From Rhynchopus sp. YZ270_cl-10 (taxonomy: Eukaryota): a DNA stretch of 64,000 nt. The position numbers and the translations under genes are program-made. The stretch covers positions 434,001 to 498,000 of the forward strand of contig OZ037847.1 in NCBI GenBank assembly GCA_964035575.1. Direction: 5' to 3'. This document shows, one piece after another, positions 12,031 through 24,237 of the stretch (positions are counted from its first letter, which is position 1; the number at the start of each line of letters is the position of its first letter). The notes under the pieces were generated by a model. The model had not been told where the DNA came from and ran no database searches. It saw only the letters and a program-made list of their open reading frames with translations.

Positions 12031-13356
12031 CTACCTTCTGGTTGGACACCTTGCGATGGCTGCGAGCAGTCGTGGGTCCTCTCTGTCCCACGCGTCGACT
12101 TGCAGCCCAGGGAAGTTTCTCGAGAACAGTTGGATGAGAGTAGGGAGCATCGCTGCCGGGGGTGCGTATGTGCCTGAGTTGTTGTCGAGGACGAGGACGT
12201 GGGTGCCGTTGTGCTGTTCAATGTGGAACTCGCCTGCGAAGATGACAGTGTCGGAGACGTTTGCGTGCATGGCGTGCTTCGAGAGGTTGTCTCGCAAGAA
12301 CGATGCGCCTGTGTGGCTGAAGCGCCACTCCCCCGCTTTCGTGATGACGTAGGTGAAGAAGATCAGGTGGTTCTCGTGCACCCCATAGTTCAACAATTCC
12401 AGCAGCTTTGTCGGCTGGCTGATGTGTCCAGTGTCGACCCGCTTGCCTGTTCTCGAGTAGAGCATCGCATGCTGGGTTTGGATGCCCACCCGCACCGCGC
12501 TCGACTTCACACCCTGCCCAAAGATCTGCTGTGCTGCTTTGTACTTCCTGTTCCACCCCTGCTCGCTGCCGCGGAAAATCTCGTGGACGTGGTTGAGGTT
12601 CAGCACGAAGAGGCAGAAGGGACCGGTGTAGTTGCCGTTTGTCATTTGGATGGCACCGCCGGTCATGGAGTTGTGGATGGCGGCGAAGGGCACGGGCTCA
12701 GCAACACCCGCGGTGGGGAAGCCTGCAGGCGGCCCTGGGTAGGCACCGTGCACCTCCTGCCGCACAGGGCCACCTGCGGGTACCGGTACAGGCACAGCAC
12801 CACCTACGGGCGCAGGGTACCCATACTGCGGGGCGGGTGCGGCCATCCCCATCGCAGGCGGCCCTCCGTGGTACGGGTTCTGCACCACAGGCGCAGCCAG
12901 ACCTTGCCCCACAATAGCTGTGCCCGAAGCGGCATACGGGTTCGCCGCAGAAGCAAAGTGTCCAGGCTGTCCAGGCAGCGGGCTCTGCCCCTGCGCGCCC
13001 TGTGGCGGCAGGACCTGTGTCTGTGTGTACGGGTTGTGTGCACTCTGTGCACCCTGCTGTGCGTAGCCTGCGTCTGAGTACCCTGCTGCCGGTCTCTGTT
13101 GCTGTTGCTGTTGCTGTGGTGGGTACTGCTGCTGCTGATGTTGCGGCTGCTGCTGCTGCATTGGTGTGGGGTGGCTTTGGTATTGGCTTTGCTGCTGGCA
13201 GACTGACTGCTGCTGGTACCCTGCCTGCTGGTGGCTTGCCTGGTGCGTCTGCTGTGGAGGCGACCCATGCTGCGGCTGCTGATCCATCGGTGGTGCCGAC
13301 GGCGACGGCGACGCAACGTCACCACCACCTGCCCCTCTTTCCGCCTCAGCTCCCAT
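12031..13356 (-). CDS. Protein with Q/P-rich N-terminus and conserved C-terminal domain (KH...AGEF...DNNSGTYAP)
   Basis: 441-aa ORF with GC3-rich codons. The C-terminus SKHAMHANVSDTVIFAGEFHI...LDNNSGTYAP resembles the C-terminal domain of fungal C2-domain proteins. Confidence 0.85.
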   Translation of the reverse strand: MGAEAERGAGGGDVASPSPSAPPMDQQPQHGSPPQQTHQASHQQAGYQQQSVCQQQSQYQSHPTPMQQQQPQHQQQQYPPQQQQQQQRPAAGYSDAGYAQQGAQSAHNPYTQTQVLPPQGAQGQSPLPGQPGHFASAANPYAASGTAIVGQGLAAPVVQNPYHGGPPAMGMAAPAPQYGYPAPVGGAVPVPVPAGGPVRQEVHGAYPGPPAGFPTAGVAEPVPFAAIHNSMTGGAIQMTNGNYTGPFCLFVLNLNHVHEIFRGSEQGWNRKYKAAQQIFGQGVKSSAVRVGIQTQHAMLYSRTGKRVDTGHISQPTKLLELLNYGVHENHLIFFTYVITKAGEWRFSHTGASFLRDNLSKHAMHANVSDTVIFAGEFHIEQHNGTHVLVLDNNSGTYAPPAAMLPTLIQLFSRNFPGLQVDAWDREDPRLLAAIARCPTRR

Positions 13357-13517
13357 TTTCTTTTGTGTTGTTTGTTTCTCTGTCTATTGGTGTAGTGCAA
13401 GTGGGTTGCGGGTTTGCATCCCCTTCCATACACCCGCTTGCATAAAAATAACTAGAAAACAGAAAAAAATCCTTTTATTTTCTACATAATGCAAAATTTC
13501 TAACATTTTCTAAAAAT

Positions 13518-14324
13518 CTAATGCTGCCGAATTCTCCGGTTTCTTGGCAGTCTCATTTGCAGGTCTTTCACCTCTGCACGGAGCTGCGCGAGCTTTGCTT
13601 GGGCCATGTTTATGTTTGGGGGGACTTTGTATTGTGCGGTTTTGGTTTGGAGTGAGGAGAGGCGGTGGGCTTGTTGGACGAGGGTGTCGAAGCTTGCGAG
13701 CTGTGCGCTGTGTGTCAAGGACTCTGTCATGCCCAGAGCGGCAAGACGGGACTGCGTCGCCTCGAGGCGTCTGTGGTACTCCTCCACCTTATCGAGGTGC
13801 AGGCCTGTGTGGTGCTGCTGCTCTGCCGCCTCCTGCGAGCGGCGCTGCACATACCCTATCCACGCCTCCTCCGTCTGCGTCAACAACGCCTTCAGCTGCT
13901 GCACGTCACCCCCCTTCCGAAGAAGGTCTACTCTCTCTGCACCTAACCCCGCGTTCTTTTCATCTAATCCGTAGATTTCATCCTGCAAATCTGCGACAGC
14001 ACCGCACAACAACGCAGGTTCCACCTGGTTCGCCCCCAATGCAGCAGCACACCGTGCCAGATCCTGCACCGCAGGAATCTCCTCGCAACGTACACCAAGC
14101 GCTGTTTCCAGTCGCAGTTCCACTATCGCTGCCTCCTTGTTCACTGCAACGAGTCTCTCCTTCAGCAGAGCGGTGCCCCCAGCCTCGACGTTTGCCTGGC
14201 AGCACCACTCATATAACGAAGAGATGTCAGCGTCAGAGAGAGCTGCTATTCTCTCAGGGGAAGACTCGATGTTCAAGCTCCGCAGCCATGATGCTACCAC
14301 ATCAGCTTCGGAGGGGGTTGCCAT
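13518..14324 (-). CDS. HAUS1: HAUS augmin-like complex subunit 1-like coiled-coil protein
   Basis: 268 aa with N-terminal VASWL and C-terminal LTHSAQL...YKVPPNINMAQAKLAQLRAEV, matching the HAUS1 pattern and size. Confidence 0.65.
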   Translation of the reverse strand: MATPSEADVVASWLRSLNIESSPERIAALSDADISSLYEWCCQANVEAGGTALLKERLVAVNKEAAIVELRLETALGVRCEEIPAVQDLARCAAALGANQVEPALLCGAVADLQDEIYGLDEKNAGLGAERVDLLRKGGDVQQLKALLTQTEEAWIGYVQRRSQEAAEQQHHTGLHLDKVEEYHRRLEATQSRLAALGMTESLTHSAQLASFDTLVQQAHRLSSLQTKTAQYKVPPNINMAQAKLAQLRAEVKDLQMRLPRNRRIRQH

Positions 14325-14990
14325 TTGCTTGGGTTCTCTGCAGGGGGTGAAAAGGTATTTGATTTTTTTTTATACATTTCAAAGAAATAGAAATCGTGCA
14401 AAAAAGTAGAGTTGAAATACGCCCTCTCGTGAACAGTGTACCTTTGGTATGACCGGCATGTACCGTGGGGTGGACATCGAACCCCTGCGTAGAGCTCCCC
14501 GGAAACCATGTGCACAGCAAATGAAGTGCTCTCTGGGTAGGTGGTATGTTACTGAAGTAACATTGCTCCAGAGGGAGGGTGGTCTATGGTAAGAATCATG
14601 CGGGGGTCAAAGAGGGTGAAGGGAAAGGGAAAGGGGGAAGGAAATGTGTTGTATAAAAATGGAAGAGTGACAGGGTTGTTTTGTTTGTTCCCAATGTATC
14701 AGAAACCCCTCCCCGTTGTCCCATAAAATAACCCCATTTCACTCATAACAGAAAAAAACAGTCCTAAAAAAGAGTTTTCGAACCGGTATACAATTTTAAC
14801 AACAAAAAACCCCCCCTGCGTAATGAGAGCCATATCCCCCACCCCCTTTCCCCCAAAAGCGTAACACAAAAAAAAATGAGTGATTTTTTATACCCAAATT
14901 TTAGACTTTTTTTTGTGTCGATCACTTGCTTTTTTTTGAAAGGTTTTCCCAGAAAAATGAAAGAAAATCCGCATTTGTGCCGTTGTTTTT

Positions 14991-16270
14991 TTATGAGCTG
15001 GAAGAGGAAGAAGAGCTGTCACTGTCGCTACCGCTTCCACTGCTGCTGCTGTCACTGAAGCTTCCTGTTGCGGATGTGGAGCTGGCGGAGGAGGAGGAGG
15101 ATGCCGACGCGGAGGAGGATTCGTCGATCATGTCGTTCTTCCTTTGACGTTTTTTCGCTGGTGCACGTGTGGAACGCGGTTTTGTTTCGCCGGTCGTGCG
15201 TGATGTCTTGCTCTTGCCGCTCGGGAGGCTTCCGTACTGCTTTTTATATTCCTCAACCTCCTCAGCGTAGCGCTTCTTGGCGTCCTCATACTCCTGCAGA
15301 AGCCCTTTGTACTCCTCACCTTCTTTGTCCAGCGCTCTGTACTGTTCCGCCAGCCTCGATGTGACCTCCGTCAGCTTTAGTGCCGGCTCTGCTTCCCTCA
15401 GGCTATTCCTATGCTTGTTGGCATACAGAAAGTATGCCGACATAGGACGCTTTGGCGGGTCCGGCTTGCCGTCATCCTCAGCGGGCTCCTTCTCCTTGGG
15501 CGCCTTCCTCTTTGTCCCCGCCTTCCGTGGTGACCGTGCTGCACGCGGCGACCGCGCACTGCTTGCACCCTTTTTACCAACACCCGCATTGACTTGCTTG
15601 TTTGCGAGGGTCTGTATAGAGGGTAGAAAAGAGGAGAGTTGTAAGGTGGTGGATGCCTACTGAGGGTAATTCTTGCGCAGAATATGGTCCTCAGAGAGTT
15701 GTAGGGTGGGGGTTTTTTATATATTTTTGTTGTTGTGTAGATGCTTCAACGCAACAATAACGTACAACAAAGAGACACAAGTAACTTTTGGTGGGTGGTG
15801 TATGTTTTCGTTGGCTTCGCGCGATTTTTGCGCGAAAATAGGGGGGTGGGTGGGTGGTGGTGGGAAGATGCATACAATCTTCAAACTCGGGGTAATCAGA
15901 AGGTTATCCTTCATGGCAGCCTCGACCAAGTCACGGAAGTGTTTCGCAGATTTATCGAGGTCCTTGGGGCCATCAAGGAGCTTCGTTGCGACGACCTGTG
16001 GTGGGGAGGGGCATTGTACACTGGGTGAGTGTTTTTGAAAGGTGCGGATAGGTCCCCAGCAGAGCGACGAACTACATACCTGTCGACACGTTTCTACGGT
16101 AATTGAGTATCCCTCACTTTTGACAACCTCTTTGATCTCATGCTGTTAAGGGAGAGGGTGGCAACAATGTGGTGGTGGCTATTTTCCTCCCAAACAGTTT
16201 ATTTTTGTACCTTGCATCGATGCCTCTTAAGACCAGGCGCAAGCTTAAGAGCGACTCTAATGGGTCGGTC
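14991..16270 (-). CDS. Multi-exon HMG-box chromatin protein with possible N-terminal DEK-C-like helical domain
   Basis: Last exon 15611-14991 contains PPKRPMSAYFLYANKHR...EVTSRLAEQYRAL...Y...KRYAEEVEEY (HMG box) and a Ser-rich tail. Upstream exons near 15875-15996 and 16080-16142 join at GT-AG sites. The start is uncertain. Confidence 0.75.
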
Positions 16271-17294
16271 TCACGGGGGAGTTTGAAAATGTTTTTTTTT
16301 TGCTTATTTTGAAAGTGATTTTCGGTGCTCTGTTTTATTGTATCGATGTAGCATCGATGGGGGAAGGGTAAAAAGGTGCAGAATATACCTTAATTTGATC
16401 ATCGGTGAGATCGGCAGACATGAGTGGCAATGTTATGCTGTGTGTGGCTTCCTAGAAGGTGGTGAATGAATTGGTGCATGAAATGCTGGCCTCTCTACTG
16501 AAGAATGGAAACCCACACACAAAACCCGGATTCCCTCACTTTTAGTTGCATCGACAATCAAAGGTAGAGGTTGCCCGGAATTTTTTTTTTCGTCTCTAAA
16601 ATAAAATGTAGCTTTTTTTTTTTTGTGCATCTTTTCATTTTCCCTCAATAAACTCCTAAGGCATTAATGCCGTTTTCCATAACGGTACAAAACCCTCATC
16701 AACAAGAATACAGATATTTGACACAACATTACCCCCCTTTTTTTTGCATCAACATTCAGACCGAATTCCTGAACCTTCGTTCGGTAAAACCTTCGTTGAG
16801 TGAACCCAACAACCATCATGCTTGAGCAAAAGAAACCTCAAAGATGAATCCTCCTCTCGCTTACACGCCCTTAAGAGGGGAAAATAGAAACTTAACTCTC
16901 ATCACAATAAACCCCGTGGGAGAGGTTGTGGTGAAACGCACACACCTCAACCTGTTTTGGTGAGGAGTGGCTCTGCAGCGCGGTTCATCCCTAGAACCGC
17001 AAAAGTGTGTTCAAAATGCTCTCTATTTCCTCCTTCATTTCAGGTGACAAAAGAAAACTTGAGAGAAAGATGAATGCACCTCTCGTGCATACACATCCTA
17101 ATAAAAAGGTAGGTTTTTAATAGTACAGCCATCTCTACAGACAATACCGTTCATTGTCCCCATATGTGTAGCCCCCTCCCATCCCCTCCCTCCCCATTCT
17201 AAAAGGTCTATGCGATGTCCTTTGGGTATCTAAAAAAACTCTAGCTCACCTGGGGTGAACTGTCCCCTGCTCTCTGTCACCCCTTCTGTATAGG

Positions 17295-19144
17295 TTAGGA
17301 ATCTAAGGTGAGTTCGCTTGAGTCGTCGTCGTTGTTGTTGTCGCCTCGGTCTGCAACAAGCGCATCGAGTCCAAGGTCTTTGAGATTCATCTGTGCAGCA
17401 GTGTTCGACGCATCTGGCAGGCTCCCGTCGTCTTCATCATCAGAGTCGGGTGTTTGGCGTGTTGCGGGTGTTACCTTAGTGAGTGCAGGTGTGGGTGTAG
17501 TGTCTGCAACCTTCGTAGTCCCCTTCCCAGCAAGGCCACGAAGCAGCATTGACAGTGGCGCGTCGTCCTGTTGATGTGTGGTTTTTTTTTGGGGGGGGGG
17601 TGTTGTTTGTGTTATACCTTCACCTCCGGTTTGACAATTTTGGCTTCGGGAACGATACGTTTTGCTTCTTCGCGTTCCCGCTGTTCCTTCTCCTTTTCTA
17701 GGAGTGCTGCAGTGCGTTGGGCGTCTTTGGCACGTTTTCTGTCTTCTTGCGCTGCGTCAATCGCCGCTTCGTGTGCACGTTGTTCTGCTGCGAGTGACGC
17801 CTTCAGTACGGCCTCCGCCTTCTCCGCAGCGAGCCGCTCCTTCTCTTGCACTGCAATCTGCTCTAACGCTGCCGCAAGCTTCGCCTCTACTGCAGACAGT
17901 GCTGCGTCCTTTGCGTCCTTTGCTTCCTTTTCCTCTGCGTCCTTGCGCTTTGTGTTGTCTTCTTTTGGCCTAACCGCATCCTCTGACTCCATCCTCTCAA
18001 GACTCTCTGCCAATTGCTTGGACGGCCGCACAATGTGCGCCGGCGGTGCACTGCCCACCGATAGAGGTGACTCTGTTGCAGCCCGCTCCCTTTGCACCCC
18101 GCCATGCATCGCAGGAACACTCATGACCACATCCGCCACCCCCTCTTCACCATCCAACATTGCACCCAGCACATCATTTGGGATCTCCGGCGTATTCGTT
18201 CTTGCAGACAAACTCACTTTCCTCCCTTGGCCTGCACCGTGAGGGACATCAGAAAATTCCCCACGGAGTACCCCTTCCCTCTCGAGAATGCCTACTCTGT
18301 GATCAACGTCTGTGAGGCGTTGAAAGAGGGACATAAGAAGGGGGGGTCCTTGCGGGGTGGGGGTGTTGCTGCTGCGGGCGAACCCAGTAGCGGAGGTGGT
18401 TTCGGGGAAACCTAGGTTCGTCAGTTTGACGACATAGTCGCGCAGTGCGGAGAGGTTCTGTTCTGCAGATTCTACGGCGTGAGACAACGTGGCGGTTACC
18501 TTCTTTTGCCTTGCCTGCTCTGCTATGGTGTCTAATAAATCTCTTTGAAGAAGCTTGCAGTATGTTGTAAGTGTATCAGTTGGTCGCGGTGCAGATTGGA
18601 CTTCTGGAATGAAAGAAGAAGGCTGTGTATTTCTTTGTGGGTCGTACAACGTCGTTGGAAGTAGAGGCGATGCAAGCGGTGCGGCTGGTGCTGCAGGAAG
18701 TGTAGAGAGCAGTTCAATTTGAGTGATTTTCGACCGCATTTCACGGAGCTCCATGTCGTGCTGCACCTCCGCTGAGGACGACGCAGCCTCAAAGGAGCGG
18801 AGTTGCTTCGAAAGCGTATCGATTTTGAGCTCAAGAGATTCCCTTCCAGCAGGGCTTGTGGGTGATTGAGGAGCATAGAGGGTCCCGGCCTGTTGTTCGG
18901 CCTGGGTCTCAAGGAAGTGGATCTTCTCATTGCAGATGGCCACCTGCTGGCATAGATCATGAACCATTGAAACCAATGTGTCCGCATTGACCAAGTGTAC
19001 ACGCCGATCCTCAGCCTCAGTTGAGACTGTAGAAAAGTCCTGTCTCGCCTTCCGCCGTGTTCTCTGCACAGAAGTGTCCTTCGATATGTTGTACAAAGGC
19101 CTGCTCGTCGGCTCGTCTTTCTGAACCCGTCGGGAATACGACAT
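17295..19144 (-). CDS. Hypothetical coiled-coil protein (exons 19144-17618 and 17567-17295)
   Basis: 510-aa ORF with E/K/A-rich coiled coils. The AAG|GTATAA...CAACAG intron at 17617-17568 joins in phase. Confidence 0.8.
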
Positions 19145-19204
19145 ATTTGTGTATTTTCTCTTTCCTGAAAAGAAATTCTTAGAAAAAAATGGGGATGAAT
19201 GTGT

Positions 19205-20214
19205 CTAGGGGTTTGAGGCCGCAGGCTTCTCCTGAACCGCAGGGGTGTGCCTGTGGAGGAGATCCAGATGCTGAGCCTGCACAACTCTGTGGACTCCCTT
19301 CCGATACATGGAGACAGGGGGCCAGCGGGTGCAGACTTTTGAGGTGTCGAAGTTGCTGCAACTCAGGTCGACGGGACTCAGTAGGGAGTACGAAAAAAGG
19401 TAGATCGGTTCGCAGCTGGCCAGAGAGGTAGAGAAGGGCTGGCTGGAAGGTTCGTACACGTACCGCCCTACAAAGGGCAAATCCCCCAACGTGTCTTTCA
19501 TGCCGACCATGACGAGGTACGGCAGTGACTGCCCGCACAACCGACACAGCCTGTGCCTGAGGGCGACCACCCATTGCGCGAATAGGTGTATGACAGAGTT
19601 CCACCTCCGCAGGCTCACCTCCACCTCTACCTCTACACCTCCTCGAAGCGCATACAAGCACTTACAAGGGGATGGAGGTGATGCAGGAGTTGGAAGGCTT
19701 TCGCAACCAGTCGGTATGCAACTTGTGAGTGTAGGCTCCACACGCTGGATGAGCCAGAACAGAGTTTGAACAGCAATCCGAGACGCTCCCTGATTCTGTT
19801 TGGCAAGATTTTCTGAAAATGTTTAGCGCAAAGAGCGAAAGGGGCTGTGATTATGTATCATTTTACTTCTCTCTCCCTTCTGTCTGTATCCCATTCCCAG
19901 GATATCCAACTTTCGAAGCTGAAGTCTTCCATTCGTATTCAGGCCACCGATGCTGCCCGTCAGAGCGCGCCGAGTGCGACAGCCGGCATGTGCGGGATAC
20001 CTGCACCTCCTGTGATGAGTGAACAAAAATGCGCCATCAGGATATAAAGTTAATAGGCAAAATCGCCGTCTACGAACTGCGCCCTGAGCAGCAGGAGGGC
20101 TGCAGAGCTCTCTCCCAGACACGAAGGGCATCTGGGGAAGACTTGCTGAGGTACCGCGTCAGAGTGCAAAAAAAATGACAAAAAAGCCTTTTTTATTTGT
20201 TCGATTCGGAACAT
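19205..20214 (-). CDS. Hypothetical Cys/His-rich protein, about three exons, possible RING-like N-terminus
   Basis: Removing GTTCGT...TCACAG and GTAAAA...TTTCAG introns gives MFRIEQ...RCPSC...RCRYPAHAGC...KNLAKQNQ...VEPTLTSC...*. Confidence 0.45.
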
Positions 20215-20510
20215 ATTGTTAAGGGGGGGGTGATATGGGGGGGGACTAGGGGAGGGAGAGGGTGGAGGTGTTGGGAAGAGAGGTGAGGTACAATACAATA
20301 CTATTTTTTTTTTTTGAAAATCAAAAAATAGAGAAAAAAAGACGGATTTTTTTGTTGTAACAAAACTGTAGTTGTTGGCACACTTCCAACTGACCACGAT
20401 GCCAGCCAGCCGGATGAAGACACAACAAGCACAGTATAACCGATATGATGTTGGGGGACACTGATTTGCAGTTTCACATCCCCCACGAAACATTTTTTTT
20501 TAAAAGAGAA

Positions 20511-20554
20511 GTTGATGCCTAACGTCTCACCATATATCCGCAGACGCAGGCACT
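20511..20554 (+). repeat. Dispersed short motif, family 4 (representative copy)
   Basis: AACGTCTCACCRTTTATC.GCGGACGC(AGGCAC). Other copies near 20972-21004 and 58075-58110. Confidence 0.75.
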
Positions 20555-21229
20555 ATAAAAAAATATAAAAGAAACCACACAGAAAAGGTTGGTAATTACC
20601 CCAACACCCTCCTGCAGTCACATAAATGCCACCCTTTGCAAAGGTATTACTCTCTCTAAAGGAATGCCATTTTCTTCATTTTTTTTTTTTTTTGATAAAT
20701 TGTTGGAGTAGTGTAGTTGCCACAGTGCAATCTCCACTTCATTTGTTATGTCGTGATCTGATTGTCTAATATTCACAAAAAAGTGTGTTTCGTATTCTTC
20801 TAAAAACGGCAACAACAACAAAACTGTGTCTTTTTCTGGCCGTGTTAAAAAGAATGCAAAAAACACTTTTCTGAAATCGTTGTATGGCAACCACATCGAG
20901 CTTAGATGGTTTTATGTTTAAAAAGGATGCCCAATTATAATAAATTTGGGGCAAAATAAGAAGAAAAGAAAGTGCAAATCTCACCGTTTATCAGCGGACG
21001 CACCAGAAAAAGTAAAGAAAAGTTCATAAGATGATCCTAAGCCTCTCGTGCTTAGTCTGATTAGATTACTTAATGTTTTGAACATTGGTTATTCATCAAT
21101 CTTTTTTGTTGTATTTTTGGATCCTTTTTGTTTTGTTTTTGTTTTTTTGTAAATATGCATATTCAAAAGTTTTTGTAGGGTGGTACATCTGTACCACAAG
21201 TCCATGTTTCAGTCCTAAACGCATACATT

Positions 21230-21974
21230 CAGTGTTTCCCAGCATCTCACCTAACTCTGAAAATAGGTGAGATTTTGCGGTTTTGCGGGTTTTTGTATAG
21301 GTGTGGCGAGCCCGGGCGCGCTTCGCGCGCCCGGGTCCCCACCTTAGCTCAAGTTGGGGGCCTCCGGCGGAATGTGAGAATTTCTCGGAGTTCGGCACTT
21401 CATTGATATTTGCACCAGGCACACGTGGTATACGAAATATCAGTAAACTCAGTACATTTACAAAATAAACGGCAGTCATGACAGGCATGGCACCCAAGCG
21501 AAGCCACGGTACGCAACATTTCTAAAAATTGTTGACATAAATGTCACTGTCGTTGGAAGATTGGGGGGTCAGCTTGTTTTTGTGCCCAAAATTTTTTCAG
21601 CACTGCTGACCAGGGACATTGGGAACATAGGGATTTTTGCGGAGCAAAAAAAAAAATCAAACAAATGGCGCCGCAGGCGAAAAAAAATTAGGGTACAGTG
21701 TAAAAATCTATCTTTTTACAGCACAAAGTCACACACTTAACCCTTTTTTGCGGAGCAAAAAAGGGAAAATGGCGCCGCAGGCAAAAAAAAATTGAGGTAC
21801 AGCCTGAATGGTGCGGTCAGCAACCCAGTTCCCCATGGTACTCCCGTGGTTCAACCATGATTTTTTTTTTTTTTTTTTTTTTTTTTCCTGCAGGTGAGAT
21901 TTCTCACCTCACTTTTTTTTTTTTTTTTTTTTTGTGAGATTTCTCACCCCAAAATCTCACCGTGGGAAACACTG
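21230..21974. mobile_element. Non-autonomous hAT element (MITE)
   Basis: TIRs CAGTGTTTCCC and GGGAAACACTG; perfect 8-bp TSD CATACATT at 21222-21229 and 21975-21982; subterminal TCTCACC/GGTGAGA repeats. Confidence 0.92.
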
Positions 21975-23184
21975 CATACATTAGTTGTAAACAGAGGTGG
22001 ACTTCATCAGTGCATGACCCTCTGTGGACTTGTAGTTAGTGTTCCGCTGTCGCTCAAGGCCCAGACAGTTTTCGAAACCTACATTGTAAAAGAATGAAAA
22101 AATCAAAATTGCAAAAATAAAAGTGGATCATGTTCAAAAAAAAACTTGTTTTATCGTGCTTAGTCACCTAGTAAAAGTAAAATTTGTATAAGATAATCCT
22201 AAGCCTCTTGGACTTATGCCATAGACACCTTAAAATGTGCTCGGAAGGATGAAAAAAGAGCTCGGAGTGCACGCAAATATCCTGAAAGAATACCTTTGTG
22301 TACCCCAGTGTTGACCCACTTCACAAGACAAAAAAAAAAAAACAAAACAAAAAAAAATGTAAGGTAAAATTGATAATGCACAACGCCACAAAGGATGATA
22401 CTGATTAAAAAAGTGAGCATTTAGTTTTGAACGGCATCTACAACGGGAAAAACAAAGAAAGGTTTTTTTTGCCTGAGCCTCTCGTGCTTGGCCACCTATA
22501 CAGCGGGGGGAAACCTGTCACTGTCAGGACTTTGTGAGGGTGCGTTTTTGGCTGTTTCAGCCACACCACCTTTGCTAATAAAAAAGGACATGAAGAGCAT
22601 CGCACTCCATGTACCCAAGACATCTGGGGTGACAATATGAAAAGGGGGAACACAAAAGGATATTAGTCTAAAAGCACACATACACACAGTCCCTAAGGAA
22701 GAGCTACCTGCTCCGAAAGTGATTTTGATACTTTTCTCGAGAATCGAAAACAGTACAGCTCCTCATGTTCTTTCTGCAACCGCGATGGCAAAAAAACCCA
22801 GTGTTTTCGTGTTTGAAACAAAAAAACGAGGTAACTACGGACAGATTTTTTTTAAATTTATTTGATTACCTGCCTCATACCACGTCTTGCTGTTCTAAGT
22901 TTTTTTTGTTTTCTGTAGATTCATAATTATATACACTACTCAACGTGGCCACACTCGGAAGTACCCTCACGGCAGAAGGTGTGAAAAGAAGAAATTTTTT
23001 TTTTGAGATGAACCAAAGACTCTCACGCTTCGTATCACCTTTAAAAAACTGCGGCACAAAAAGTGAAGTCGGTGGTGCAAAAAAGGGCGTATTGGACACG
23101 CCATGCTATAGAAAGGTCTTTGTTTCGGACAAAAAAAAAATACTTGAAAAGAAAAATGCGTCGCGAGTATAACCTTTTAGAATA

Positions 23185-23241
23185 TTTTTTGATAAATTGT
23201 TGGAGTAGTGTAGTTGCCTCGGTTGTGCAATATCCACTGTC
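23185..23241 (+). repeat. Dispersed short motif, family 3 (representative copy)
   Basis: TTTTTGATAAATTGTTGGAGTAGTGTAGTTGCC...GTGCAATATCCACTGT. Other copies near 8118-8170 and 20691-20738. Confidence 0.85.
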
Positions 23242-24237
23242 CAATTTTTTTTTTTTGCACTTCGCACAGGCACTCATTGATTTACCAAGGAAAGTGTTTA
23301 AAGTTTTGGGGGGGGGGGAGAGAGAGAGGAAGAGAGAGAGAGAGACATCAGGAATAAAAAAGAAAACTAGAAAGAATACGGGGCTCTACGGTCCACATGC
23401 AGCTATAAAAAAAAAATGTACAGTGGTCCAACATAGGTAGGAGTCAGAACCTTGCTTTGGTTGAAAAATAAAAACTGTTATCTGAGTTTAAGCTAGTCTG
23501 ATAAAGAAAGAAACGAAATCAGAAAAAGAATTTTTCGTTGATCGCACCGGATTTTTGTGGTGTGTAGGGACAAAATCAAAAACTTTTCTGTGAATAAGTT
23601 GTGTCGTGTTTACATCGCTCACACCAAAAAATTCGGGCACAACTCAGATATGTTTTCATTTCCTCCCCTACAACCTTTGCAAGGCAGTTGTCACAAAAAA
23701 AAAACCCCCACCAAAAAAAGAGAAGTTGAAAGTAACTGAAGGAAACAAAAAAGTTAGCTGCCTCTTTTTTTGTGCAGCATCACATCAACGAATCAACGAA
23801 AAGAAATTAAAAAACAAAAAAAAACTCTAATCCGCGAAGGAACACATTTTTTTATACACATATCTGACATATCTTCCGTTTCAAACAACCTTTCATCACA
23901 CTAAATTAAAAGAGATGGTTTTTTTAGGGAATGCACACAAAAACAGAAAAAATGGAGATGAATATGCCTCTCGTACACACACATCTGTTCCATGTATTTT
24001 CTTTTTGTCTACCCCCTCTCCTCCACTTTACCACACAACTCTGAAATATCTAGAGGAAATAACGGTATTACCCACCCTCTTCCCATATACTTCAATCACA
24101 TCTAAGGATCTGCCCTCAATGGGTTACTACAGAAGAAGGAAGACTACAAGCACGGAAATCTTTTTTTATTCATCCACCCTTTGCCTCCAATCAGTTTTAA
24201 ACCCATTTTGAGAAGACTCTCCACACCCTATACCCCC

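Noticed and set aside
14470..14505. GGTTCGA on the minus strand as a tRNA T-loop
   Set aside because: No cloverleaf, acceptor stem or D-arm could be formed.
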